This document shows positions 17,540-27,352 of a DNA stretch of 64,000 nucleotides, one piece after another; positions within the stretch are counted from its first letter, which is position 1, and every line of letters starts with the position of its first letter. The stretch lies in the NCBI GenBank assembly GCA_036834845.1, contig DAITNB010000001.1, forward strand, positions 21,121 through 85,120, given 5' to 3'. The translations under genes and the position numbers were made by a program. The DNA is from a bacterium (GTDB lineage: Bacteria > Bacteroidota > Ignavibacteria > Kapaibacteriales > Kapaibacteriaceae). The notes beneath the pieces are model-generated. The model worked only from the letters and a program-made list of their open reading frames with translations, was not told the origin of the DNA and did no database searches.

Positions 17540-18370
17540 TTACTCCGCAGTCCTGCGCTGCTTGGTGGCACGCCGCGATAGATGATCGAGTCCGGCCTGC
17601 GCTGCGGCCTGCTCGGCGTCCTTCTTATTCTTTCCTGATCCGGTTCCAATAACCTTTTCGTCTACAACCACATTTACGGTAAAGTACTTCTCGTGATCCG
17701 GACCTTCCTCGCGCACAACAACGTAACGGGGCGCGGGTTGCCCCTTCCCTTGCACGGCCTCGAGAAGCAAACTCTTGAAATTGGTGTCGTGCACTAGTGA
17801 TTCTTGCACCATTATCGGCAAGAGTTTCTCTACAATAAATCGCCGCGCCTCATCGAATCCCCTGTCCAAATACACCGCAGCAATAATTGCCTCTAAGGCA
17901 TCGGCCAACATTCCATCGTTGCCGCGTTGGAGAGACTGGGCAGCCGAATACGAAATAAAAATGTAGGTGTCTAACTTTAGCGCCTTTGCGCAGATGGCTA
18001 ACGACTTCTTGTTTACGATCCACGAACGCATCTTCGTGAGTTCGCCTTCGAGAACCTCCTTGTTGTTGTAAAAGAGGTACTCTGCCGTGATGAGTCCGAG
18101 AATTGCATCGCCGAGGAACTCCAAACGTTCATTAGAGCGATGGTCGGGTGTGTTGGCTACCTGCAAATACGAACGGTGCGTAAGGGCCTGTTCGTAAAGT
18201 GGAGCGAGGTGTATGTCTACACCAAGAGATTTTTCTAACTCGGCCACACGTTCGTCCGAGAGCAGTCCCATTGGCGGGAACAATTCTCTGAACACCGCAT
18301 TATTTGCGGAACCTCTACCAGCGGTAAACTTGATGAGGTTTGAATAGAGCTGGCGGACGATATCTTTCAC
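17540..18370 (-). CDS. rnc: Ribonuclease III
   Basis: RNase III signature ERLEFLGDAILGL and a C-terminal dsRBD (..GPDHEKYFTVNVVVDEKVIGTGSGKNKKDAEQAAA..). The start is uncertain. GTG at 18370 (MKDIVRQL..) lies just after the fabF stop; ATG at 18271 (MGLLSDERV..) and the longest ORF (18448, overlapping fabF by 53 nt) are alternatives. Confidence 0.9.
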   Translation of the reverse strand: MKDIVRQLYSNLIKFTAGRGSANNAVFRELFPPMGLLSDERVAELEKSLGVDIHLAPLYEQALTHRSYLQVANTPDHRSNERLEFLGDAILGLITAEYLFYNNKEVLEGELTKMRSWIVNKKSLAICAKALKLDTYIFISYSAAQSLQRGNDGMLADALEAIIAAVYLDRGFDEARRFIVEKLLPIMVQESLVHDTNFKSLLLEAVQGKGQPAPRYVVVREEGPDHEKYFTVNVVVDEKVIGTGSGKNKKDAEQAAAQAGLDHLSRRATKQRRTAE

Positions 18371-18395
18371 AATCGGCCGTCGGATATGTGGTGAC

Positions 18396-19652
18396 TTATT
18401 CCGTAAAGGCTTTGAAGCACAGCGTTGCGTTATGGCCGCCAAATCCAAACGTGTTGCTCAGGGCAGCGCGAATAGCACGTTGCTTCGGTGCGTTCGGCAC
18501 GTAGTCCAGGGTACAATCCGGATCTGGGGTAAACTGATTAATCGTTGGCGGAACCATGCTCTTGGAAATGGCCAGCGCGGTAGCAATTGCTTCTACAGCG
18601 CCTGCTGCCCCAAGCAGGTGACCCGTCATGGACTTTGTTGAGCTAACAAGAAGGTTCTTTGCATGCTCTCCAAACACAGAACTAATTGCGGCAGACTCAG
18701 ACTTATCGTTGAACGGCGTAGATGTGCCGTGAGCGTTGATATAGTCGATGTCTTCCGGTACAAGCCCCGCATCTTCGATGGCAAGTTTCATAGACCGAAC
18801 AGCACCTTCGCCGCCCGCTGCCGGTTGGGTGATGTGATATGCATCGTCTGTTAACCCAATACCTGCCACCTCGGCGAGGATTGTTGCGCCACGATTTAGA
18901 GCGTGCTCTAAGGTTTCCATAACAAGGATTCCGCCCCCTTCGCCCATCACAAAACCATCGCGGTTAAGGTCGAACGGACGGCTTGCGGTTATGGGATCGT
19001 CATTTCTTGTGGACAGCGCCTTCATAGCATTAAAGCCGCCAATACCCATTGGGCATATAACGGCTTCGGAGCCACCAGCAAGCATTACGTCTGCCATTCC
19101 TCGTTGCATCAACATAAACGCATCGGCAATGGAATGCGACGATGTAGCGCAGGCAGAAACGGTACCGTAGTTCGGACCCTTTAAACCGTATCGAATGGCA
19201 ATGTGACCAGCAGCAATGTCCGAAATGAGCATCGGCACAAAGAAGGGCGAAATCCTATCCGGTTTTCCACCGCGCTCGTACAGGTTTTGCTGCTGATGAT
19301 GGTACGTCCACATCCCGCCGATACCGGAACCAAACACCACACCAACGCGGTTTCGGTCGGAATTTTCAAAGTTGATCCCGGCGTTCTCTACGGCCATTAC
19401 GGCCGCAGACATCGCGAACTGCGCAAACAAGTCCATACGCTGAACTTCCTTGCGCGAGATGTGCTGCAGCGGGTCGTAATCTTTAACCTCGCAGGCGAAC
19501 TTCGTATCGAATTCTGTGGCGTCGAACCGCGTAATCAGCGCCGATCCACTTCTGCCCTCCATCATACCCTGCCAGAAATCGGTGGCGGTGTTCCCAATGG
19601 GAGTAACCGCACCAACTCCGGTAATTACGACGCGTGGGATTGCTCGAGACAT
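18396..19652 (-). CDS. fabF: Beta-ketoacyl-ACP synthase II
   Basis: 418 aa. RVVITGVGAVTPIGN.., active-site context ..GPNYGTVSACATSSH.., ..INAHGTSTPFND.. and ..NTFGFGGHNATL are typical KAS II blocks. Confidence 0.95.
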   Translation of the reverse strand: MSRAIPRVVITGVGAVTPIGNTATDFWQGMMEGRSGSALITRFDATEFDTKFACEVKDYDPLQHISRKEVQRMDLFAQFAMSAAVMAVENAGINFENSDRNRVGVVFGSGIGGMWTYHHQQQNLYERGGKPDRISPFFVPMLISDIAAGHIAIRYGLKGPNYGTVSACATSSHSIADAFMLMQRGMADVMLAGGSEAVICPMGIGGFNAMKALSTRNDDPITASRPFDLNRDGFVMGEGGGILVMETLEHALNRGATILAEVAGIGLTDDAYHITQPAAGGEGAVRSMKLAIEDAGLVPEDIDYINAHGTSTPFNDKSESAAISSVFGEHAKNLLVSSTKSMTGHLLGAAGAVEAIATALAISKSMVPPTINQFTPDPDCTLDYVPNAPKQRAIRAALSNTFGFGGHNATLCFKAFTE

Positions 19653-19685
19653 ACGTACCTGCGATGGTTTGCTAAGTTGTTTGCG

Positions 19686-19919
19686 TTAAGACTTCGACTC
19701 GATGTAGGAGATTGCGTCTCCAACGGTTTGAATCTTCTCTGCATCACTGTCGTCGATGGTGAGATTAAACGCACGCTCGAACTCCATGATGAGTTCCACT
19801 GTGTCGAGTGAATCTGCGCCCAAATCGCCAGTAAAGGATGCTGTTGGCGTTACTTGTGATTCTTCAACACCGAGCTTTGAAACAATGATCTCGGTGACTT
19901 TTTGTGCCACTGCGGACAT
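19686..19919 (-). CDS. acpP: Acyl carrier protein
   Basis: Start at the internal Met: [38 protein letters not shown].. (DSL phosphopantetheine-attachment motif). The longest ORF (to 19985) adds an implausible 22-aa extension. Confidence 0.95.
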   Translation of the reverse strand: MSAVAQKVTEIIVSKLGVEESQVTPTASFTGDLGADSLDTVELIMEFERAFNLTIDDSDAEKIQTVGDAISYIESKS

Positions 19920-19963
19920 ACAAAAACCCTTGGTAAATGAATTTGGAAGTTCTGTTCGAGAGG

Positions 19964-20716
19964 TTACATCGCTAAACCACCGCACACGTTCAATACTTGT
20001 CCTGTGATGTACGATGATTCGGATGAAAGGAAGAAAGACACAACACTGGCAATTTCGTCTGCCTTTGCTGCTCTTTTCATAGGAATGTTGCCGAAGAACG
20101 AAGCTTTCTGTTCGTCCGAGAGTTTGTCTGTCATGTCTGTCTCAACAAATCCCGGAGCCACGCAATTTACGAAAACGTTCCGACTCGCGAGTTCACGGGC
20201 CAGACTCTTCGTTAAGCCCACCAAACCGGCCTTGGCACTGCTATAATTCACCTGTCCGGCGTTTCCTTGCAGGCCAACAATACTGCCAATATTCACGATT
20301 CTTCCCTGGCGTTGCGACATCATGGGGCGAGCAGCGGCCTTGCAGGCATAAAACACGCCGGTAAGGTTTGTATCTACCACATCTTGCCAGTCCGAGGCCG
20401 ACATCCTCATGATTAGGCCGTCCTTCGTTATTCCGGCATTATTCACCAATCCGTCTATTCTGCCGCCTTCGGCCACAACGGTATCTATAAATGTTCGCAC
20501 CGATGTTTCGTCTGCAACATTTACCTGAAGGAACGTTACCCTACCGCCTGCAGCGTTGAGTTCTTCGGCTACTTGTTGGGCTTTTTCCGGGTTAGAGTTA
20601 TAGGTGGCAAACACATGTGCCCCCTCCGAAGCAAGTCTGCGCACAATGGCTTGGCCAATTCCACGCGAACCGCCCGTAACGGCAATCACCTTGCCTGATA
20701 GGTTGAATGTACTCAT
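19964..20716 (-). CDS. fabG: 3-oxoacyl-ACP reductase
   Basis: SDR family. It has [12 protein letters not shown] (cofactor motif), ..NNAGI.. and YSSAKAG (YxxxK), and sits in the fab operon. Confidence 0.9.
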   Translation of the reverse strand: MSTFNLSGKVIAVTGGSRGIGQAIVRRLASEGAHVFATYNSNPEKAQQVAEELNAAGGRVTFLQVNVADETSVRTFIDTVVAEGGRIDGLVNNAGITKDGLIMRMSASDWQDVVDTNLTGVFYACKAAARPMMSQRQGRIVNIGSIVGLQGNAGQVNYSSAKAGLVGLTKSLARELASRNVFVNCVAPGFVETDMTDKLSDEQKASFFGNIPMKRAAKADEIASVVSFFLSSESSYITGQVLNVCGGLAM

Positions 20717-21648
20717 GATGATGCTCCTGCTAGTTCGCGTTCGATATCGGCTAGGGTGTCCACACCACGCACTACGGCACCTTCCAGTGTACGCTTAACA
20801 AGACCCTGCAACACCTTGCCCGGACCAATCTCGCAAAAGGATGTGATGCCATGGCTCCACATGTTGTTCATTGTATCGGTCCATAGAACGGGCTGTGTAA
20901 GCTGCCGTATCGCAGACTCACGCAAGTCTTCGGCCTGCGTAACGGGCTGCGCGGAAACATTCACGTACACCGGAACCGCTGCGTTATTGAAGGGGGTGGC
21001 ACGAATGCGTTCTGCCAGCGCAGACTCTGCGGCCTGCAGCAAGGGCGAATGAAACGCACCGCTCACTTGTAGTTCCTTCACAAGCTTGGCACCTCGTTCT
21101 TTAAACACAGGCATAACCAACCGAAGGTGGTCGGCCGATCCACTAACCACTACCTGACCGGGAGAGTTAAAGTTTGCCGGCACAACAATGGCGTTGGGTC
21201 CACTCGAGACTTCTTCACACACAGCGCGCACAGTGGCATCGTCTAATCCCACCACGGCAACCATTGTTCCCGTAATTCGCTCGCCTTCGGAGAACATAAG
21301 ATTGGCGCGAAGTTGAACGAGCTGCAAAGCATCATCGAAGGACAACACACCGGCGGCGTAGAGGGCGGAATATTCACCAAGGGAGTGCCCCGCCACGGCT
21401 GAAACGTTCTGGTGCGCCTTCGTAACCTCTAGTATCGCCGCTTCATGGAGAAAGAGAGCCGGCTGCGTGTATTTGGTTTGTCGCAGTACATCGTCTGGCC
21501 CGTTGAACATCACGCTGCTAAGGTTGTAACCAACAATCGTGTTGGCCTTGGTTATGATACTGGCAACTTCCGGATAGTGATCCGAAATGTCGCGGGCCAT
21601 ACCAACGTACTGCGAGCCCTGTCCGGAGAATATGAGAGCTTGAGACAT
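20713..21648 (-). CDS. fabD: Malonyl-CoA:ACP transacylase
   Basis: Start at MSQALIFSGQGSQYVGM (21648), which clears the fabH stop at 21668. It has the active-site GHSLGEYSAL motif. The longest ORF starts at 21747. Confidence 0.92.
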   Translation of the reverse strand: MSQALIFSGQGSQYVGMARDISDHYPEVASIITKANTIVGYNLSSVMFNGPDDVLRQTKYTQPALFLHEAAILEVTKAHQNVSAVAGHSLGEYSALYAAGVLSFDDALQLVQLRANLMFSEGERITGTMVAVVGLDDATVRAVCEEVSSGPNAIVVPANFNSPGQVVVSGSADHLRLVMPVFKERGAKLVKELQVSGAFHSPLLQAAESALAERIRATPFNNAAVPVYVNVSAQPVTQAEDLRESAIRQLTQPVLWTDTMNNMWSHGITSFCEIGPGKVLQGLVKRTLEGAVVRGVDTLADIERELAGASS

Positions 21649-21667
21649 TTTCTGCTCCGTTATTGCG

Positions 21668-22657
21668 CTATGAATCCATGGACCATCGGAGCAATATACT
21701 GCCCCACGTGTACCCTGCCCCGAAGGAAGAAAGAACGAGGTAATCACCCTTCTTCACCTTCTTCTGCTGATGTAACTCCGACAAACAAATCGGAATCGTT
21801 CCTGCAGTGGTATTGCCAAAACGGTCGATGTTAATCATCACCTTCTCCCGCGGCAGGCCCATTCGTTGCGCCGTTGCGTCGATTATTCGAAGATTGGCCT
21901 GATGCGGAACTAGCCAAGACACATCTTCCGATTTGAGAGAGTTGCGTTCCATGATTTCGAAGGACACATCGGCCATACCCTTTACGGCATTCTTGAACAC
22001 GGCCTGACCTTCTTGATACACAAAGTGCTCGCGGTTGGTAACCGTTTCAATGGATGGCGGACGCAAAGAGCCACCGGCAGGTTGATGAAGGTAGGCCTCG
22101 CCATTACCATCCATACGCATTATCGAGTCCAGTACGCCGTAGGATTCATCTTCTGATGCCTCGAGTAATACAGCGCCCCCTCCATCACCAAACAACACAC
22201 AGGTGGTGCGATCTTCGAAGTTGAGGATGGAGCTCATTTTGTCTCCGCCACACACGAGTACCCGCTTTCCCGCACCCGATTCTACAAACTTTGCTCCCGT
22301 AACTAACGCATACAGAAAGCCACTGCAGGCGCCGGCTAAATCGAAGCCCCATGCATTTGTTGCTCCAAGTTTGCGCTGCAGAATGGCGGCGCTCGATGGA
22401 AACACCCTATCGCCGGTGATTGTGGCAATAATGATAATGTCGATGTCTGTGGCGGCAAGACCTCGTTGCTTTAGCACCTCTTGCGCTGCCGGAAGCAGGA
22501 TATCTGTTAGGCCCCCTTCAAACGCAAAGTGGCGCTCGCGGATACCTGTTCGTGTTGTTATCCACTCGTCGGTGGTATCGATCTTACTTTCAAACCATAC
22601 ATTGTTGTACACGTCGGGCGGTACGTTGTGCGCCACGGCGGTAATGGCCGCTTTCAT
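21668..22657 (-). CDS. fabH: Beta-ketoacyl-ACP synthase III
   Basis: 329 aa. ..GFDLAGACSGFLYAL (active Cys), ..LVPHQANLRII.. (His) and ..DRFGNTTAGTIP.. (Asn) are present, in fab operon context. Confidence 0.95.
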   Translation of the reverse strand: MKAAITAVAHNVPPDVYNNVWFESKIDTTDEWITTRTGIRERHFAFEGGLTDILLPAAQEVLKQRGLAATDIDIIIIATITGDRVFPSSAAILQRKLGATNAWGFDLAGACSGFLYALVTGAKFVESGAGKRVLVCGGDKMSSILNFEDRTTCVLFGDGGGAVLLEASEDESYGVLDSIMRMDGNGEAYLHQPAGGSLRPPSIETVTNREHFVYQEGQAVFKNAVKGMADVSFEIMERNSLKSEDVSWLVPHQANLRIIDATAQRMGLPREKVMINIDRFGNTTAGTIPICLSELHQQKKVKKGDYLVLSSFGAGYTWGSILLRWSMDS

Positions 22658-23667
22658 ATGGTTTCCTTTAGAGCTTTTTCGATTGTACCGTTAACATCCT
22701 TGCGGACCATTTCAACGGCGCGTTGAATCATGTTTTCGATGGCAAGGGGCGAGCTGCTGCCGTGCCCAATTATTGCTACTCCATTGATGCCCAAAAGCGG
22801 CACACCACCGTACTCCTGGTAGTCCATGCCACTAAGTGCTTTGCGGAGAACAGGTGTAAATGCCGCCATAACAAGTTTTTGAACCACGCCGCGAGATGCG
22901 TATTCCCGAAACCGATGCTTTAGAAAACCAAGAATACTCTCGGCAAACTTCAGCACGATGTTTCCTTCAAACCCATCACACACCACAACGTCTACCGTGC
23001 CGGCAAGCACGTCCCGTCCTTCAACATTACCGATAAAGTTTACACCGTTGGATGATAACAGGGCGTGGGCTTCGCGCACGGTGTCTGTGCCCTTGCCTTC
23101 TTCTTCGCCCACGTTGAGAAGTCCAACCTTGGGGTTAGCAATCCCCAACATGAGTTGGGTGTACACGCTACCCATTACGGAGTAATCCGAGAGAAATTTG
23201 GGTTTGGATCCCACATTTGCTCCAACATCTAACAAGAGCGTGGGGCTGCCGGTTTTTGTGGGGAAGAACGATCCGATGGTGGGCCTGCTTACACCAGGGA
23301 TTCTCCCGCATACCATCGTTGCCGTGGCCATTACGCCGCCGGTGTTGCCGGCGCTCACAAATGCATCGGCTTGCTTGGCGCGCATCATCTCTAAGCCAAC
23401 GTAGAGCGATGATTCGCGACGGTTTTTTACGATAGTAGATGGTTCGTCCGCCATCCCAACTACGTCCGGGGCGTGCTTCACAAAAATGGAGCTCGGCGCG
23501 GACTGATCTCGGAGAATGGGGAGCAGCTCGTTTTCGCGTCCAACAAGCGTTATTTCTACTGCGCTGCCGAGGGTACGTGCAGCACGAATGGCACCCACAA
23601 CTTCGTTGTGTGGTGCATGATCACCGCCCATGGCGTCGAGCACCACGCGAACGGGAGAAGTTGCCAC
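22654..23667 (-). CDS. plsX: Phosphate acyltransferase PlsX
   Basis: VVLDAMGGDHAP.. N-terminal motif and ..GNVEGRD.. block, at the conserved rpmF-plsX-fabH position. Confidence 0.93.
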   Translation of the reverse strand: MATSPVRVVLDAMGGDHAPHNEVVGAIRAARTLGSAVEITLVGRENELLPILRDQSAPSSIFVKHAPDVVGMADEPSTIVKNRRESSLYVGLEMMRAKQADAFVSAGNTGGVMATATMVCGRIPGVSRPTIGSFFPTKTGSPTLLLDVGANVGSKPKFLSDYSVMGSVYTQLMLGIANPKVGLLNVGEEEGKGTDTVREAHALLSSNGVNFIGNVEGRDVLAGTVDVVVCDGFEGNIVLKFAESILGFLKHRFREYASRGVVQKLVMAAFTPVLRKALSGMDYQEYGGVPLLGINGVAIIGHGSSSPLAIENMIQRAVEMVRKDVNGTIEKALKETI

Positions 23668-23683
23668 AGTTGCTTTGTAGTGG

Positions 23684-23860
23684 TTAGTCTACGTTAATGA
23701 TCTTGCGGCCGTTGTAATACCCGCAGGATGGACAAACGATGTGGGGCTGCTTGGCGGCCGAACAATTTGGGCACGACATCACCGAAGGAGCTGTGGCCTT
23801 GTAGTGCGTACGGCGCTTTGCTCCGCGCGATTTTGAGTGACGTCTTTTTGGATTTGGCAT
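23684..23860 (-). CDS. rpmF: 50S ribosomal protein L32
   Basis: Not in the ORF track because at 58 aa it falls below the length cutoff. Hand translation of the minus strand gives MPNPKRRHSKSRGAKRRTHYKATAPSVMSCPNCSAAKQPHIVCPSCGYYNGRKIINVD*, with the L32 N-terminal basic motif and a CxxC..CxxC zinc ribbon. It lies between yceD and plsX, as in many bacteria. Confidence 0.92.
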   Translation of the reverse strand: MPNPKRRHSKSRGAKRRTHYKATAPSVMSCPNCSAAKQPHIVCPSCGYYNGRKIINVD

Positions 23861-23876
23861 GGCTGAGAACCTCTGA

Positions 23877-24401
23877 TTACTGTCGTTTCAATTTGGCGAG
23901 AGCAGACCAACGTTCGTCTATCGGACCATCTGATTCCGACTCGTGGCCTTCGCGCATAGAAGGGTGAATTTCGTCGAGTTCCTTATCTCGGTACGCCGGA
24001 GCAACCGCTCGAAGAGGTATGGACAAGCGCAAAACTTGCCGCACATCCTCGGATACGTCGATGACTTTGTCCTCTTCGCGTATTCCGCGGACCTCTTCAT
24101 CATCGAGTTCCGCAGTTCTTCCGCGCTGTGCCGCCGCGAGTGTGTGATCCACTACATAATCCAGTGAGATGGACGTTGTAATAACCTCATCAAACTCTTC
24201 GAGCGAGCGGTCGCAAGTGAGGCGAGCTGTTGCTTCCACATCGGCCTCCACAGAGTATCGAAGCCCATGTTTTCGCAACAAACCGGTAACAGTAACCATC
24301 CCGTGAAACTCCTCCCCAAGTCCTTCTATGGCACTTGCTTCTGAGTGGAGTTCGAAGGGGTGATTCCCGTCCCGAATGCCCACGATGGAAATGGCTATCA
24401 T
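23877..24401 (-). CDS. yceD: DUF177 / YceD-family protein (23S rRNA accumulation protein)
   Basis: 174 aa, acidic, directly upstream of rpmF. The layout ..TARLTCDRSLEEFDE.. with an acidic C-terminus matches YceD-type proteins, and synteny supports the call. Confidence 0.75.
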   Translation of the reverse strand: MIAISIVGIRDGNHPFELHSEASAIEGLGEEFHGMVTVTGLLRKHGLRYSVEADVEATARLTCDRSLEEFDEVITTSISLDYVVDHTLAAAQRGRTAELDDEEVRGIREEDKVIDVSEDVRQVLRLSIPLRAVAPAYRDKELDEIHPSMREGHESESDGPIDERWSALAKLKRQ

Positions 24402-24436
24402 GAGTGTTCAGGAGGGGTTCAACGTAGACAAGACTG

Positions 24437-24466
24437 CGAAATTACGAGACTTAGCGCGATTTTCAA
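24437..24466 (-). promoter_or_regulatory. Candidate promoter of the yceD-rpmF-plsX-fab-rnc operon (TTTTGAAA ... 16 nt ... TAATTTCG)
   Basis: On the minus strand there is TTGAAA at 24466-24461 and TAATTTCG at 24444-24437 (context CGTAATTTCG), 35 nt upstream of the yceD ATG. Confidence 0.35.
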
Positions 24467-24475
24467 AATGCCGGG

Positions 24476-26182
24476 TTAACCCCCGAGTGCTTTGAGATTC
24501 TTCTTCGCTGTGTCGTTGGCAGGGTCGAGCTTAAGTACTTCGCGGTAAGATTTCTTGGCATTTTCTACGTCTTGTTGCCCTTGATATCCAATTGCCAGGT
24601 ACAACCAAGCGGTGGACGACTTTGCGTCGAGTTCCACCCAAGTTTTGCTACGGTCAACGATACTTGCCCACTTCTTATCGGCCATGTCCTGGCTGTTCAG
24701 GCGCATAATTGCCTGTGTACCATACCGACGCTCATCGGCGTTTGTAGATGTTTTTGCCTCAGCAACCACCTGCTCGAGAAGGGGCTGCCCCCTATCGACA
24801 GCTCCGTGGGCAAGGTAGGCCTCTCCAAGACGAAGCGTGGCGTAGGTGTATCCGGGCTTCTTTGCCAGAGCACTTTCATAGGCAGCTATGGCACTGTCTA
24901 CCAGACTGTCGGCATAGAAGTTATTGCCAATGAATACGAGGATCTTTGGATCGAGTGAATCGGAGCAGTTTGCAAGGCGGACCCGGAAAATGTCGGTAGA
25001 CCGCGAATAGCTGTACCGCGATTGCAGGAGTACCGCATAACGAAACATAAACGTGCATTGCTTGGGGTCTCGCTCGGCGGCTTCGGCCATTACATTAATT
25101 GCGCGGGCCGTGTCGCCACTAACCACAAGGCTGGCGCCAAGAAACCAGTAGTCTATTGGGTCCCAACGCGCCTTAATGGGCAAGGCAGCCAGATAATATG
25201 TTGCAGCGTCTTTAAATCTCTTTGCCTGGAAGCTGCACTTTGCCATCAAGAGAGAAACCTTTGGCTTGAGCGAGTCTACAGAGGCAGCCGCATCTTCGAG
25301 GTGCTTCTTCGCGCTATCGCATTGGCCTGTTTTGTACAAGGACTCACCGAGATACCACGAGGCCATGGTTTCGCCAGTGCCGAGCGGACGAAGTTCTCGG
25401 TACTTCGTTAGCGCGTTCACTGCCTGTGGGTATCTGCCAGATAGGTAGAGAATCTTGCCTTCTTCGTACCAAGCCCGTGCATTTTTGGGATCGAGCTTCG
25501 TAACCAAATCCCATTCGCGTAAGCTCGACGTAAAGTATTCGCTGGCAAGCTCGTCGTCAGACTCCTTATTGCCCATTTTCCAATAACAGATAGCAAGGTT
25601 GAAGTGAGCTCCCACGTTTGATGGGTCGAGCTCTGCGGCCTTCTTATAGTTTTCACGGGCAAGTTCGAGAACCGGAATCGGTTTCGTATTAAAGTAGATG
25701 TTGCCAAGGGCAACGTACGATTCAGAGCTCGACGGGTACTTGTTCCGCGTGGTAGTGGCAACCAGTTCGGCAGTGTGCATCGAGTCTGCCGCAACCAGTG
25801 CATTCACGAGCGACAAACTACATTCAAGGTCATCTTGCTTTCGCAGATACTTGCGCAATACAACGGTTGCATCCGCTGCACGGCTATTGATCGTTAATGC
25901 TTCCGCGTACAACAGAACATTTTCCTTGTCGTTATCGCGGTCGTCATACACGCGTTTTGCGTACGAAAGTGCCGTATCGGCAATACTGAGCTCAATGTAG
26001 ATGCGGGCGGCAAGCTTCAGCGTTGGCATGTCGGTTGGCTTTGCTGCTACGGCCTTTCGGATGTGGCCAATGGCCTCTACCCAGTCCTGATTCTGAGCGG
26101 CAGCCTTCGCACTTTCGTACGAGTCGGCATACACGTGAGCGGATGCAACAAAAAACAAACAGATGAGAAAGAGGGTTCGCAT
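24476..26182 (-). CDS. Tetratricopeptide-repeat (TPR) protein, secreted/periplasmic
   Basis: 568 aa with signal peptide MRTLFLICLFFVASAHVYA, then many TPR-like A/Y/L-rich 34-aa units (..AWYEEGKILYLSGRYPQAVNALTKYRELRP.., ..AWLYLAIGYQGQQDVENAKKSYREVLKLDPAN..). It is the last gene of the Ton operon. Confidence 0.8.
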   Translation of the reverse strand: MRTLFLICLFFVASAHVYADSYESAKAAAQNQDWVEAIGHIRKAVAAKPTDMPTLKLAARIYIELSIADTALSYAKRVYDDRDNDKENVLLYAEALTINSRAADATVVLRKYLRKQDDLECSLSLVNALVAADSMHTAELVATTTRNKYPSSSESYVALGNIYFNTKPIPVLELARENYKKAAELDPSNVGAHFNLAICYWKMGNKESDDELASEYFTSSLREWDLVTKLDPKNARAWYEEGKILYLSGRYPQAVNALTKYRELRPLGTGETMASWYLGESLYKTGQCDSAKKHLEDAAASVDSLKPKVSLLMAKCSFQAKRFKDAATYYLAALPIKARWDPIDYWFLGASLVVSGDTARAINVMAEAAERDPKQCTFMFRYAVLLQSRYSYSRSTDIFRVRLANCSDSLDPKILVFIGNNFYADSLVDSAIAAYESALAKKPGYTYATLRLGEAYLAHGAVDRGQPLLEQVVAEAKTSTNADERRYGTQAIMRLNSQDMADKKWASIVDRSKTWVELDAKSSTAWLYLAIGYQGQQDVENAKKSYREVLKLDPANDTAKKNLKALGG

Positions 26183-26202
26183 AGGGATCGAATTGTTGTG
26201 TG

Positions 26203-27156
26203 TTATTCTTCGGGAAGTACCAAGCTGAACTTCGCATATCCGGGTTCAATTCCGGCAGACAAGAAGGTGCGTTGCGCGTTTCCACTTCGGGTTAAGAATT
26301 GCATAAGCCCAGAGGGCAAGCTGTACATATTCGGACGGTCCTTCAAATACACGTAGATGGGAACAGGAAACGGATACTTCCCCATTATGAGATACGACAC
26401 ATGCACCGGTTTGGGGTATTCATGCGAGCCGTCGGAGTTCGTATAACTCAGCCGAAGAAGTTTGACGTTCGGGTTACCATACACCTGCGACAGGTATGCA
26501 ACTCCCACAGCACCTGGTATTGTTGCAACGGTAGTGAGCAAACTGTCGAACGTATCAACAGTGGCTAAGCGCTTCACCGATGGAGCGCCACCTTTTAAAA
26601 CAACGTTCATGATGTTACCATAGACGGAAGACGTAGACCCTCCGGATATGATAAACTGCGGTGGGGCTGCAAGGGCCGGGTAACCGGACCACACCTTGTT
26701 CTCGCCGGCCAACCACATCCGAATGTGGTTGGAGTTCATCGTGTCATACGGAAACGATTTGGCTGCAAAGAACACAATAGCGTCTCGGGCCAGAAGCGAA
26801 CGCATCAGGGTATCGCCACCAATAACGCCTATAGCGCTATCCTCTTCCGGCGTATAATCGCGTGCTATAATGGCAATACGTTCTAGGCCATTGAGCATTC
26901 GATCCATCGTCGCGGCGGGGTCTTTGGCTACCAGCGTGATGTGCGCATTGGGGTGCTCTGCATCGTACAATGCTTTTGCCGAATCGAGTAGATGAAGGAT
27001 TGCTGCATCAACCGGAACAGTAATCGTTCCCGAAAGCGCGGTCTCAGCGCTGTTATCGCCTTTGCTTTCACCATCTGGGGTGCACGCAACTCCCGTCACC
27101 AACAGTGTGGCAAGTATACAACGTAAGATCCGGGGAGAAAGGTTACGACTCATCAT
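26203..27156 (-). CDS. PstS-like periplasmic binding protein (PBP-like type 2 fold), probable lipoprotein
   Basis: N-terminus MMSRNLSPRILRCILATLLVTGVAC. The body resembles phosphate-binding-protein-like domains (..GTITVPVD.., ..RIAIIARDYTPEE.., ..IPGAVGVAYLSQV..). It lies between tonB and the TPR gene. Confidence 0.6.
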   Translation of the reverse strand: MMSRNLSPRILRCILATLLVTGVACTPDGESKGDNSAETALSGTITVPVDAAILHLLDSAKALYDAEHPNAHITLVAKDPAATMDRMLNGLERIAIIARDYTPEEDSAIGVIGGDTLMRSLLARDAIVFFAAKSFPYDTMNSNHIRMWLAGENKVWSGYPALAAPPQFIISGGSTSSVYGNIMNVVLKGGAPSVKRLATVDTFDSLLTTVATIPGAVGVAYLSQVYGNPNVKLLRLSYTNSDGSHEYPKPVHVSYLIMGKYPFPVPIYVYLKDRPNMYSLPSGLMQFLTRSGNAQRTFLSAGIEPGYAKFSLVLPEE

Positions 27157-27337
27157 CGATCTCCTGTTTTCGTGACGTGAAAACCGTAATCAGGCGATAC
27201 GATCCAAACAAGATGACGACGATGCCGAACACTTCTTGCAGCGGCGAATCGAGAGTGTTAAGGGGCGGCACTCCAAGAAGTACTGCAATTCCAACGCAGA
27301 CTACAAGGGCACGAACAATGAGGTTAACAACGAACAA
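27143..27337 (-). CDS. Small hypothetical membrane protein (64 aa, two hydrophobic helices)
   Basis: MFVVNLIVRALVVCVGIAVLLGVPP..FGIVVILFGSYRLITVF... It starts 15 nt after the tonB stop, and its end overlaps the next gene by 14 nt. Without it, a tight operon would contain a 196-nt gap. Confidence 0.45.
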   Translation of the reverse strand: MFVVNLIVRALVVCVGIAVLLGVPPLNTLDSPLQEVFGIVVILFGSYRLITVFTSRKQEIDDES

Positions 27338-27352
27338 TGTTCATCAGGCGCA

